Of a DNA stretch of 64,000 nt, positions 11,002 through 23,158 are shown piece by piece. Location of the stretch: contig NC_090600.1 of the NCBI RefSeq assembly GCF_000497125.1, forward strand, positions 1,509,197 through 1,573,196. Direction: 5' to 3'. A model generated the notes under the pieces. The model saw nothing but the letters and a program-made list of their open reading frames with translations. It searched no databases and had not been told where the DNA came from. Every line of letters starts with the position of its first letter. The first letter of the stretch is position 1. The DNA comes from Spironucleus salmonicida (taxonomy: Eukaryota). A program made the position numbers and the translations under genes.

Positions 11002-11898
11002 TCACTTGTCATAATATTAGAGTAATAATCTTATTTACTCTAACACTCCAGGATTTGGTTGATCTTTACTTAACTCTTAGATAAAATAGTCATATAATTA
11101 AGAAATCTTATTAGAACATTTATTGTCTAATAACACTTTACTTTCTTTGCTTTACTCGCATTCTAATAGTTCTTATGCTTTTTCAAAGAATTCCTTATTA
11201 AGGTCGTTAGGAAATTCTGTTCTTGTAGTTAATATTTATTCTTTTTATATAACATCTAATTATTTGCAATTTGTATCTGTGTCTAATATTATTTCTTCTT
11301 TTTAATTAATTTTATCTTATACAATAATTTCAGTAATCTAGCACTCGCTACTAAATTAAAGTACATGAACATGCCCACTGGTTATTCCACCTTAAGATCC
11401 ATAGTATCCACCAGGAAATCTAATAGCAGTCAATACCAATGCAATGAATTAAGTAGTTTATTATAAAATAATGCAAAAATATATAGGCTCGTATAAATCA
11501 ATTTTAATTAGGGTTTCGAGCTATTAACTTTTTAAATATAAACATTTATCAGCTTTTTTAAAAAGTAAATTAAAATAAGGCGACGTAATAATTATATTTT
11601 TAAGTATTTAAGGCCCTGGGATAAAAACATCAGTATCGAATCGCCATTCTGAGATTTATTAATACTATGATGAAAAAAGATCACCACTACTTTTAGAAGC
11701 TACAATATCTGGAGTATCAATAGAAATATTCATTAATTTTTATAATTGGGTTTGCTATATTATTTTAAGATCACCGTTATATATTTTTATTTTCATATCA
11801 GATATAATAATTTCTTATTATTAAGAATCAAATTTCATCGGGACCCCTTGTAAACATGATTCAGAAAATGAAATAGGTATAACTTATTTCACTTCCAT
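11002..11898 (-). CDS. hypothetical protein (298 aa)
   Basis: Code-6 ORF MEVKQVIPISFSESCLQG..., ends AAG-TGA. Confidence 0.7.
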
Positions 11899-11945
11899 TT
11901 ATTATTATTTTATATGATACTATTTAATAGAATTAAAATATAAAA

Positions 11946-13931
11946 ATGGCAGATATATATTCTGATGATGCATTAGAGTTCATCTAAAGCCAAGTGGTTG
12001 ACCTATAATCTAAAAATACAGATTTATTCACATAATCATTAAAAAAGGACAAAACTATTATTGATTTACAAAATACCATTAGTGTTTTAAAGACGGATCA
12101 AAAATAATAAAAAATTCTGATTGAAACATATAAGAAATAGTTCATTTCCCTAGGAATCTGCAATTTTGATAAAGATGGATTAATCGATCTGTAAAAATAC
12201 TAAGACGAAAATATAGATATTAACCAGAGACTTTTAGACCTTTAAATTAAATATGATAATTTAGTAATTGAGCATAGAAATACATTGGAAACTATAACAC
12301 GTACCACTGATACCTTAAGTAATAAAGAATTACAATACTAGGATGAGGTTTTTATGCTCACAAATTAAGTTTGCGATTTGGAATAGAACCTTTCTGAAAT
12401 TAAGATTGAGCTTCAGTTGGCAAATACGCTAATCGATAGTTAAATGGACCAAATCCAAACCATCAAGACTAAGAAACAAACCCTAAAAACTGAAATGAAT
12501 CAAATAACTATATCATTTAACAATAATAAGTTGGCTTTGAGCTCCTTAATAGATACCTTATCTGAAGTTCAGTTTAATATAGACGATATAAGAAATTCTG
12601 TAATTAATATAAAATTTTATTTGCAAACTTAGCTGTCTTAGTTTGATCAGTATTTCAGCTCATAATTTTAGGAACTAGCAACATTAAGTGGTAAGTTCGT
12701 GATAAATTTTTTTAACAAAGGTCAATAAATAAAATTAGAAAAAGATAACTTAATAATGAAAAATGAAGCTCTTTAAGAGTATATCGAAGAGCTCAAAACC
12801 TCTAATTCTGACCTTAATCGGCTTAAAAATTGCGAAAAATAAGCGAATTAATAAATAGAAAATCTGAAAATCGAAATTATCGCGTAGGATCAAGTATTTA
12901 AACTCGAATAATAAGAATTTGAACGAATTATCAGCAAATAAATTACTGAATTAAAAGATTTACGAGATACAGAAGTCCTTTAACAGTAATTATACTAGAA
13001 GTTAACTGCTGAAAATTTAATTTTATAATAAGAGCAAGAAAAATCTGAACGTATAGCAATAGCTAAAACACAAGAGAACTAGGTGCTGAATTAGAAGTTT
13101 ACCAACTAAATTTCTGCATTAAAAGGGCTCTTTAACACTTAGTCTATAACCTTAAACGAGAAAAATAGACAGCTAGACCAGTAGATTAAGTTAAGCAAAA
13201 TTACAATATCTAACCAGCGCAACTAAATTTAGGCAGCCGCAAACTATAACTTGAACTAAAAATCAAGAAATTACGAATTTCAGGGAACGTAAACGGAAAA
13301 TAACGAAGAACGGGATGTCATAAATTCCGAGCTTTCAGTGTCTGTGGAAAAGTTCAAAATATTTACTAGTGATAATTTTAAGAATCTGCTCCTTGAAATT
13401 GACACTGAACAATTACTTGGATGCTATAATCTTGAAAAGTCGTTTTTATAAGCAGTTTTAGACATCAAGGTTTAACACGGGTAGATTGATACAACAATGG
13501 CAAAACATATCATTTATCAGAGGGAAAATACCAAATTAGCTTAAAGTGGGAACGATAATTATACTAGTTTGTTGAGTATTTAGAAGCAGTTCATGAAAGG
13601 AGAATAGGCATCGAAACTGATATAGCTTGATTTTAGTGAATTGATGAAACAAAAAAGTTTTACGAAAGCATAGTTATAACTGATAAAGCTTATATTTAGT
13701 AATGTAGAAGAGTACATGCGGGATTATATTTAAGATCTTAATAGGTAGATTTTGTCGCTTACAAACGAACTTAGGTTTCATGAAATATTAGCAGATAAAG
13801 ATAAATTAAAAAAAGTCAATTAAGTATGTAAAATATTTCAAGAACAGGATATTCCAAAAACTATTTTATAATATAGAAAGACTATAGATGCGTTACGGTT
13901 AGAAATAATTATGATGAAGTCGCACCAGTGA
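11946..13931 (+). CDS. coiled-coil protein (661 aa)
   Basis: MADIYSDDALEFIQSQVVDLQSKN... heptad-rich, ends CAG-TGA. Includes track fragment 12444..12632. Confidence 0.8.
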
Positions 13932-13940
13932 AAAAAAATA

Positions 13941-14069
13941 TCATTCAATTCTTTATTAAATATAATCTTTAATATCTTTAAGTTATTGCTTTAGTGTATC
14001 GCATTATAATTACATATGCTGGTTATTTTCACCTAATTATAGAAGAATACTATGAAGCTGACCTTCCAT
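13941..14069 (-). CDS. small coiled-coil peptide (42 aa), possibly HSBP1-like
   Basis: MEGQLHSILLQLGENNQHMQLQCDTLKQQLKDIKDYIQQRIE. Typical TTTTAA-ATG start context and GAA-TGA end, abutting the convergent gene. Confidence 0.35.
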
Positions 14070-14265
14070 TTAAAATTCTATATCGTAATAAATATTATAT
14101 ATTAGTTAAGAATTAATTTGATTTTAATAAGAGTTGAAAAATGATTGACTGTCATCTCTATGAATGCTGAAAATTAGATAACATACTAATCAATATCAGT
14201 TATATCATATGAAAGTGATATTTTTAGTATCCTAATTTGATAAATAAAATATTATATTATATCAT

Positions 14266-16689
14266 TCATTATGTTGTTTGGAATAGATTTTTCTATTTAA
14301 ATACATATTTAGGTTCTATTTATTCCTGCTTAAAGTTAAACATAACTTGTTTTTAGATTTAATTAGCGTACTAACATTTCACAGTTAGGATCTCCTTTGG
14401 TTAATTTTATTATTTTCTAAATGATTATTTTGGATTTTAGCATGAATTATTAAGCTTAGATTTTGTTTATATCCAATCTAGCTAATTTTAACTAATTGGT
14501 AAATTTTATTTTACACCCTCTTTAAAATATTAATGAAATTCATTAGTTTCTGCTATTAATGCTAAATTAAATAATAATTTATTTCTTAAAAGCTGTTGAT
14601 AATTTCTTTAATTTCCTTATAGCATTTTTTCTGTTTTACAATTTTCATATTATTTCCATTTATCTATTGTTATTTACCTACGTTACAGCATTTATTAGAT
14701 GTGATCGAATATATTTTTAAACTATGATTCATCTAGCATTATTCCAAATTCATTAAATATGTTTGTAAATGTTTCTTACGCTGAAATAATACCTTAATGT
14801 TATTAAGACTTTTTGCCTTTACTAATTAAAAATTCGTTGTAATTTTTGATTTCCTCGTTCCATTAGTTCTCAATAATAGACTAATCTGTAATTTTACAAC
14901 CATATAGATCTACTAACATATTATTTTTAAAATACCAGTCATTAATTTATATGATGTTGTTATTTTAATCAATATATTATCCTAGGGAATTTTTTCGCAA
15001 AGGTATTTGTTTACCATTTATATAAAGCTTACCATCTACGTCTACAACATTATTAATTGTAATTTTATCACTTTAAATAATATTTAATGCAACTTGTTAT
15101 CCGATTAAGTCTGCTATTTCCGCTATAAAGAAATTATCTATTCCATCAGTAACCTATATTTATATATTTCTAGTTAATAGCTGTTCTTACGCTTTTAATA
15201 GAGCATATTTACTAATATCAAGGGTTTTTTCGTCTTCTAAAAATTATTTGAATTCATTATATTCCGCATCACATTAAGGACGCAGTTAACGCTAGTTAGA
15301 TTTATTAGAAGATTAAGTTGAACTATTTATTTAGTTTTATTTTTAACTATTAACATTAATAATAGATAATTCAAATGAATTTTTATTACGCAGTGCACTA
15401 TTTTATTATGGTATTAACTTTTATGAACTTTATTTACTAGCATACTTTTTATTATTTATTTCGGTGCTTTTGATGTCTCGTTTTTACAATATTTTTTCTT
15501 GTATTTACAATTTTTAAAGTAATATCCTAATTTATTCTGATTCTGGTAACAATTTTAATTTTTCAACAAAAGAATCATTAAATGATCCTGAGAATTAGCT
15601 ACTATTATTAACTGGCTACAACTACCCACTATTATTATTTATTGCTTCTAAAATCTATTAATTTTCAATAACCATTTTTTAAAATTCCATATTTATTATA
15701 TTTTCATCATATCCATCGCTCTTATTGTCTATTTCTTGGTCGAGTCCATCTTTAAATACTGTTTTTTTAGCTGACTTACTTTCCATTTATTATTTAAATT
15801 TTGATTCCATAATTTATTTTTGATTACCTTTATTCTCATCTTATAGTCTTTAATAATTCACCTAATAAGCTTCACCTTCTTATCTCAACCTATCAATTAT
15901 CGCATCCTTCTCTTAAACTTCACTCTCTAGTTAAAGCCGTCTAATTTAATTTTCTTCACGCAGTTTTAACTCTTTCATATATGATTTTTCAATTTATTCT
16001 TTAACCATTATGAGTCTTTAAATTTCTTCTTCTAAATCTTCAATCCTATCACCTTATGTTTTCCGTGGGTTAATTTTAGATGAATTTTAACTATCAAAAT
16101 CTGTCTTAAAAAGCATTGTTATGCGTCGTTTTTGATGCATTTGTTCTCTTAAAACAATAATTTCTTTACGAAGCTTAATTTTTTCATCTATCGAAAGCTT
16201 CTAAAGTTTTGTCATAATTTTCTACATATCTACGTTTTCTTACGACGCAATAACTAAAGCTAGACCAAAAGAGTCAGCTAAATTGATCAAGTCTCCTAAA
16301 TTTTAGGACAATTTACTTTCTATTTTAGGAATCAGAAATTCAATCTATTATGCCAGTTCTTCATTAAAAAGTGTTTGCTATAATTTCAAAATTTTGGCGA
16401 TTTATGTTTAGAAAATTGGAAAAACATCTTTTGGTATAAGATGATCAGTAGTAGGATTGCAATTGAGATCTTATTCAAAAAGAACAAATAATTTGCGTTT
16501 AGCAAAAAGTTATTATTGTGTGTTAGAAATTTATTTTAGCGAAGAATTTAAAAAGTTTGAAATTTTTTGACTAAATACAGTGAAAGTTGGCTATAATATA
16601 TATTTTATTGATTACGTGATATTAAGATGTGTTTAAGAAGATTAAAGCGTAGATAAAGAGAGATCATATTTTTCGATTTCATCTGTCAT
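14266..16689 (-). CDS. Q-rich coiled-coil hypothetical protein (807 aa)
   Basis: MTDEIEKYDLSLSTLQSS...; frame checked open at several points, with a TGA at 14266. Confidence 0.7.
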
Positions 16690-16817
16690 TAGTTTCAGAA
16701 TATATAGCATTATATAAAATAATGGGATATATTAAGTATAGCAATATTTCTAATATTAATATTATGTAGCTTCTATATTGAATAATTTTTAATAATCCCT
16801 AATATTTCCATTCCTTA

Positions 16818-17360
16818 ATGTCTAATAATCCGTATGATCCCTACTATAATTAGTATTAGTCTTATCAGAACACATACTAGACTATTAACACTAATTATTA
16901 ATATTCACAAAGCTATAGCATGAATCGTCCAGTCTATTCCAAATCTGGGGAGAGACCTTCTCGCTAATATATTGGAATGGGCGATTTTGTTGTTTCTGAT
17001 GAAGAAGAAGCAATCCGAGTTCATGTTGATAAAGAAAAAGATTTCTCTATTTCATCTGATGTTAAGTCAGATACTCCTATACATGAGTATACTGATTAGG
17101 AGTATGATAGAGACTCTTTTAAATATATTCAAGCTTTCAAAGAAGACAACACGATTCGTGTGGTTAAGAGAGTACGTATTAATGATAGCATTAAAAATTT
17201 TGAAATTGCAATTGGAAATGATAATTATTTATTTTGGGCTCAGAAATACAATGAAAAATTTGGGTTAGGTGAGGCAACTCTCACCAAAAGAAGAGGAAGA
17301 CCCAAAAAGGATTCTGTCCTTAATCTTTTAAATGCATGCAAGAAAGATTCAGATAAGTGA
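16818..17360 (+). CDS. AT-hook protein with Y/Q/N-rich N-terminus (180 aa)
   Basis: MSNNPYDPYYNQYQSYQ...LTKRRGRPKKDS. Contains the RGRP AT-hook core, has a C-rich tract upstream and ends AAG-TGA. Confidence 0.75.
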
Positions 17361-17374
17361 AAAATATTTTACGT

Positions 17375-18379
17375 TCATTTCTTAATAAGCCAATACCCAA
17401 CAATAGATATTGCTACGACTAAAGTCAGTATCAATGATATTACTAAATAAATTATACCATTATCAACAGTTTCCTTACCAAAGAATGTACTCCATAATAC
17501 AAACAATGATATTAAAATAATCCAAAATCCAATAAATGGAGCTTATCTGGCTGGAACTGAAGCTGTTTAAAACTTAACATCCTCTACACATATTGGCTCT
17601 TTTGTCACACCACATAACTATCTATCATTTCCATTAAATGTAAACGGAGTTTTTTCATAAATTTGTACTAAGTCATTGGGGTTTTCAACCTAATAAATTA
17701 AACCTTAATTTGTTTATCTAACAAAATCAGGTTAAACCCCTGTAGCTCGATAAATTTCTTATTGCACCTCTAATTAAGATGAGATTTTAGGATGGCCGAA
17801 AACTAAAAATTCATAAAATGTTTTAGATTTTATATTGTAAAATTCTTCCTATTACGATTTTGTAGCATTTAAAACAGATGGTATATATTTATCTTATATA
17901 TTTTATATAGGTTGTTATATTTTAAATGGTTAGTTTTGTTAATTTGGAATATATTCAGGAGCATGGTGTGTCACTTAGGTTTAGTATTAAAGTTGTTAAT
18001 TATTTGTATTTTGATTTATTTATGGTTAATATAATACGGGCTGTTACATATGTTGTTAATTAAACTGAGGTGGTTATTATTAGTATTATTATTGATATTA
18101 AATTTACTGCTAGACTGGTTATTAAATTTATGGTTAATATTATTAAAATGTTTATGGTTATGGTGCATAATTTAGCTATGAAAACTAGACTTATGGATAT
18201 TAATCTTATTACACAATTTGTTATTGTACTTATGGAACGTACGATGGTTCATACTGAGATTAAGAAGGCATCAGTCTCATTTATTATTATCCATTTGATT
18301 AAACATTATATTAGGCTGGTTATTAGGTTAAAATATGAGGTGTATTTGTATGATTTCCTGGTGTTCTAGCAGGTAACAT
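17375..18379 (-). CDS. Q/P-rich protein with two C-terminal transmembrane helices (334 aa)
   Basis: Low-complexity QP/YQ N-half. C-terminal hydrophobic segments FIGFWIILISLFVLWSTFF and GIIYLVISLILTLVVAISIVGYWLIKK. Confidence 0.75.
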
Positions 18380-18433
18380 TTTCAAATTTTAACTATATAT
18401 AAAATACGATATATAAATATTATTATTAACAAA

Positions 18434-19513
18434 ATGAAACGAAACAAAGTAGAGCTATACTGTTCTATACATGCATTATAAAGGTCAATTGCGGCAACAA
18501 AACTAGCATGTGCATATGATATGGATATACCACGAAAAAATAATACAATACTTACGGATTAATCATATCAACGGTTAACTAAATTTAAATGGTTAGATGA
18601 TGAAATTTTATGCTAATTTACATAAAATTATTCTACACTGTCATCACATTTTTTCAGGTTAGTGTAAAATTAGAATTTTCCATCTGCTCTTAGATGGTTT
18701 AATGCATAAACATAGTATTTCAATAAAAACTATTTTAATATTATTATTAATTAATCTAATAGCCATTGGTATGGTGTACATGTCAACTTATAGTTTAAAA
18801 TTGTATTGGTTAGTGATTCAATAGGAGATGGACAAAATTGTATTAGTGCATTACGAGCTTTTATTAATGAAAATTATTATTAAATTATTATTAATTTTAA
18901 TAACTTTGATGCATATTAAGTTTTACTACGAAATGGTAACATTAAATATGTTAAAGATTACCCATATTAGATAAAAGGAAAAATTATATAATAATCACTT
19001 GAGATTATAGATTTAGAGTGTAGTTCAGATGAATAAGAGATTTAAGATTAAGATGAGAGTTCATATAGATGTTAAAATAACTTATAGAATAAGATCGATT
19101 ATTAAATTACCTATACATAGGATTCTGAAATAGAGAATCAGATTTATTTCAATTTACCACAAATAATAAACTTTATGAAATCTTAAAATGATATTTCTTA
19201 GCAAATAATTAATTTATCATGTTAACTTAAAAATCTTTAAATTAGTAGTAATAATCATATCATAGACTTTATTTATATTCCATAATTAGAGTTCAAATTA
19301 TAGCAGTTAATTGAAGCAAACTTCTCGAATTCAGAGCTATACTTTCTAAAGCTATGTTTTTATGCATGTTATATGCCAGTTTAAGATAACGGATTTGATT
19401 GTGGTGTGTATACTATTGCATTTATTTTATTTTGCAATTAAGGTAATGATGAAATTTGCGGTCAAAACTCATCAACATGGCGAAAAAAGATTATATAGAT
19501 TTTAACAAATTGA
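18434..19513 (+). CDS. ULP1: Ulp1/SENP-family SUMO protease (peptidase C48)
   Basis: KWLDDEIL, SHFF, NSHWYGV, VSDSIG and PVQDNGFDCGVY give the His-Asp-Gln-Cys catalytic set. Confidence 0.85.
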
Positions 19514-19567
19514 ATATTTTTAATTTTATTAATTATATTATAATTATATTAGGATTAAAATATTTTA

Positions 19568-20134
19568 ATGCAATTAAGTAAATTAGTGTCAACACTGCGC
19601 ATTTTTAATTTATCGACGTCTGAAAAAGCTAAAACATAGCAATAAAGTAATTTTAACCTGTCAAAACTATAAGACTCTAAAATATTACCAAATGAGATAA
19701 TTATAAATTAGAATATGGAGATTTATCTTGATTATATGATACTATTCTTCAATCGTAAGATGAACACTATTACAAAAAGTGTTTTTTTAGATAAAAACTG
19801 TAGCAATGATACAAATTTTTCAGAATTTTCTAAATTTTAAATTATTTGTTTGGATTAATAATTATCAATCAATTATTAGCACGATTTAACTTAGTGGCAA
19901 GGTCTTGTTTATCTCCTTTAGACATCTAAAAATGATAATAGAGGCTACATTATACTTATTTTAACTTTTAAAACTTTTATACGAGATAACAAAAATTCTA
20001 TTCAAGACCATCCCGATTTGATTAAAAATACGATAGACTTAATAGTTTTTGCAGCAAAATTTATTGTTGCTTGGGAGTCAGAGTTTGTCTAATAAACCTG
20101 TATAACATAATTAAACAACTTATTAATTTTCTGA
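19568..20134 (+). CDS. hypothetical protein (188 aa), weak resemblance to MOB kinase activators
   Basis: Code-6 ORF. EIYLDYMILFFNRKMN and the C-terminal helix pattern loosely recall Mob1; not established. Confidence 0.55.
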
Positions 20135-20182
20135 TATTTTTATTATTATACATTTAATATATAGTCTTTCCTTTTCTGAAAT

Positions 20183-21139
20183 ATGCACGCCTCTGGTAGA
20201 ATCTTTTAATACAAAACACAGTCATAACTTTTTGCTCACGCTTGGTCACTACGCGAAGATTAATAAATGCGTCTAGCTATATGCTCGTGTGATTTGGAAC
20301 ACAAAAACTTTGTTGAAGTAATCTAATTTAATAAATAGTCCCAGCAACTTTTAAAACTTGACTCATTTAATCTACAATTTCCAGTTACTAAAGCAATGTT
20401 CTATCCTAATTACTAAACGAGTAACTAAGACTTACTAATTTGTGCAAATGATATGCTGCGAATTTTCTCAATAAACTAGGATTAGCGTAAGCAGAAACTG
20501 ACATAGAAATCATTTCTTCGTCATGAAAAGCGGCGTTAAGCACCAGTTACTGCATTTGACTGGTCAACGATCCAGCCTCATCTTGTGATTTAGTCATCTT
20601 ATGATACCGCGATTTCACTCTGGGATATTAACCGAGAGGAACTTGAGTTCACATTTCAAGCACATGAGAAATCTATAAATGATGTTTCATTTTCACCTGC
20701 TGATCCTTCTATATTTGCTTCTTGTGCGTCAGATGGTACTGTTCGTGTTTTTGATAGGCGAAAGATAGAAATTTCATAATAAATAACTTAATTAGATAAT
20801 CAAGCACTGCGAGTCTAATTCAATAAATTCGACCCGCATTAACTGGCGATTATCAGTAATAACAATAATCAAATACATATATACGATTTACGAAATGTCT
20901 AGCATGTTTTAAACTTAGAAAAGCATGAAAAAGAGGTAAACGGCATAGCTTGGAACCCAACTTGTGCTAATCAACTTTTAAGCGTTGGTGAGGATGGTAA
21001 TGCACTAATTTGGGAGGGGGGAAAAGCAATCATGGGTTACAACTGTGGTGAACCAGCGGACAATTGTGGGTGGAGCGAGTTAAATAAGGAGTGGTGCAGC
21101 TTGATTCATGGGGATATTCTAGAAATTTTACATGTATGA
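20183..21139 (+). CDS. DCAF7: WD40 protein of the DCAF7/WDR68/AN11 family
   Basis: FPVTKAMFYP, DMLRIF, APVTAFDWS, SSYDTAISLWD, AHEKSINDVSF, FASCASDGTVRVFDRR, VNGIAWNP, SVGEDGNALIWE. Confidence 0.85.
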
Positions 21140-21395
21140 TGATCATGATGATTATTTAAAACATCAAGCAGGAATTGATTGATAGTAATTATTTATGTGC
21201 TGTAAAAAACTTAGTAAATAGAGAGAAATAAAAACCATTGACAGGATTAACAGTATAAATAATAATATTTTTAAAGTTAAATAACATGTAATATAAATTT
21301 TTAAAATATACTTAATACATTTCTTAGAGGATAATGATAAATTTAAAGTATGATTTATAGTTATATATAATATTTTCTGATCAGAATAACTTAAA

Positions 21396-21935
21396 ATGGG
21401 AGCTTAAGATTCCTAAACCTAATAATCTCAACCCCTAAGCAGCATTGACATTACTTTGTTGAAACTTAAGAAGGTCAGAGATCTCTTAAAATAAGAAGTC
21501 AAGCTATAGTCAATTCTCATAGCTCAGTTAGATCAATAAGTGGTGTAATCAGTTCCAACTGATTTGGATAAAGCATAAATCTTAATTGTTCGTAAGAAAA
21601 TTCAGTAAAAAATTGAAACAACATTTACAAATATGACCATTGAGATAGAAAAATAAGTATTTAAAGTCGAAAACTTCATTCGCCAAAATCAGACTATTGA
21701 AATATTAAATAGTTTAAGTGATGAACTCAAAAAGTATGATTATGATGAAATGGTTTTAGAGTTGCAAGAAATTAAGTAAAGCTTAGAATTTAATGATTTA
21801 ACAATTTAGAATATAAACTAGGTGCTAGAAGATTAAAATATATCTTTGGATTTAGCTTTTGAGATTGATAGTTACAAAAATTCGACGTGTTAGTAGGATT
21901 TTAATAGTCAACAAATTGATTAAGTAGTGATGTGA
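21396..21935 (+). CDS. ESCRT-III Vps20/Snf7-like protein
   Basis: MG N-terminus (myristoylation-type), DITLLKLKKVRDLLKQ and AQILIVRKK..Q follow the Snf7 helical pattern; 179 aa. Confidence 0.6.
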
Positions 21936-21944
21936 TAGGCTCAA

Positions 21945-22331
21945 TCATAATTTTTTGTAACCATACAGAAGTGATGGATCTCTTTCATTAACTTATTATT
22001 CGGCTTGAGGTTGTAAAGAAAAATTTGAAGGTTAAATAAGGGCATTCTCTGCATTAACTTTGCAAACTCCATCTGCTATCGATAAACTTAATGATTGGTT
22101 TGGGTCATTGTTTATTGTAAAACTAATCGAAAAGGTCTTATTAGGGCCTGGAATAATCTACACTGTTCCTGTTGCCCCAACTTGCATATTAATAGTAGAA
22201 TCTTATGAGAACTGGACTCGTGATTAGTTTGTTTCAGTTCGTTTCTCACTAATATGTGATTATTCTTCTGACTAATTGTCCGAATAATCAGAATAATTAT
22301 TGTAACCATCTGATGAGTAATTTTCGGACAT
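21945..22331 (-). CDS. hypothetical protein (128 aa)
   Basis: MSENYSSDGYNNYSDYSD...LLYGYKKL; code-6 ORF. Confidence 0.7.
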
Positions 22332-22434
22332 TTTAATATATTGCTATCGGTTTATTATAATATTATAATATATTTTATGATTATACTTAGATATAAATTT
22401 TATATATAATTATTAATATTTATTTTTCTTTAAA

Positions 22435-23121
22435 ATGGACTCTGATCTACTTCCACCAATACCTGATTAAATGAGCGATTCTGTTGATGATAATACTGTT
22501 AATTTATTTAGTAACAAAAATTCAAAAAAGGATGATCAAACCTATATCGAATTTGAGAATAAAGGAAATCGACTTTCTCCTCATAAAATTCCAGAAACAC
22601 TTTTTGATTTAATTAATGATGATAGTGAAACTGTAATTCCAACTGAAGCCAAATAGACGAAATTTTGCTTAATGGAATATAATGAGGAAGTTCATGGTAG
22701 CTATTGTGGTGAAGAAAATAATGTAGTTGAAAATGCTTATTAAGGTCTTTATGATTAAAATACTATTATAATGACAATTAGAACCAAGTTTTTATAGACT
22801 ATGATAGATATTGACGAAAATATTAAAACCGTAAACGATAAATTAGATGATTTTGATGAATCAAGTGCAGAATAAGTTTAAATTGAGGATAATATTGATA
22901 GTAACATGAATATAGGAGATGCAAGGGTGATGATTAAAAATTAATTAAAAAATAATTTAATTATAGAAAGTTTAAAGTTACAAAACATTAACGTAAATAT
23001 GATATTATAGTCTATAAATTTACTAGAATTATAAGAAATTCTTGTTCTATATAATATTTTGAAGACATAAAACAACGATTCTTATAATTTACTTAAAAAA
23101 TTATTAAATAATCTATAGTGA
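22435..23121 (+). CDS. acidic protein (228 aa), paralogous to an internal segment of the downstream gene
   Basis: RLSPHKIPETLFDLIN, QTKFCLMEYNEEVHGSYCGE and IIESLKLQNI..LYNILK each have counterparts in 23159..27337. Confidence 0.75.
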
Positions 23122-23158
23122 TATATTTATATAATATTATAAATACTGTATAAATTTA

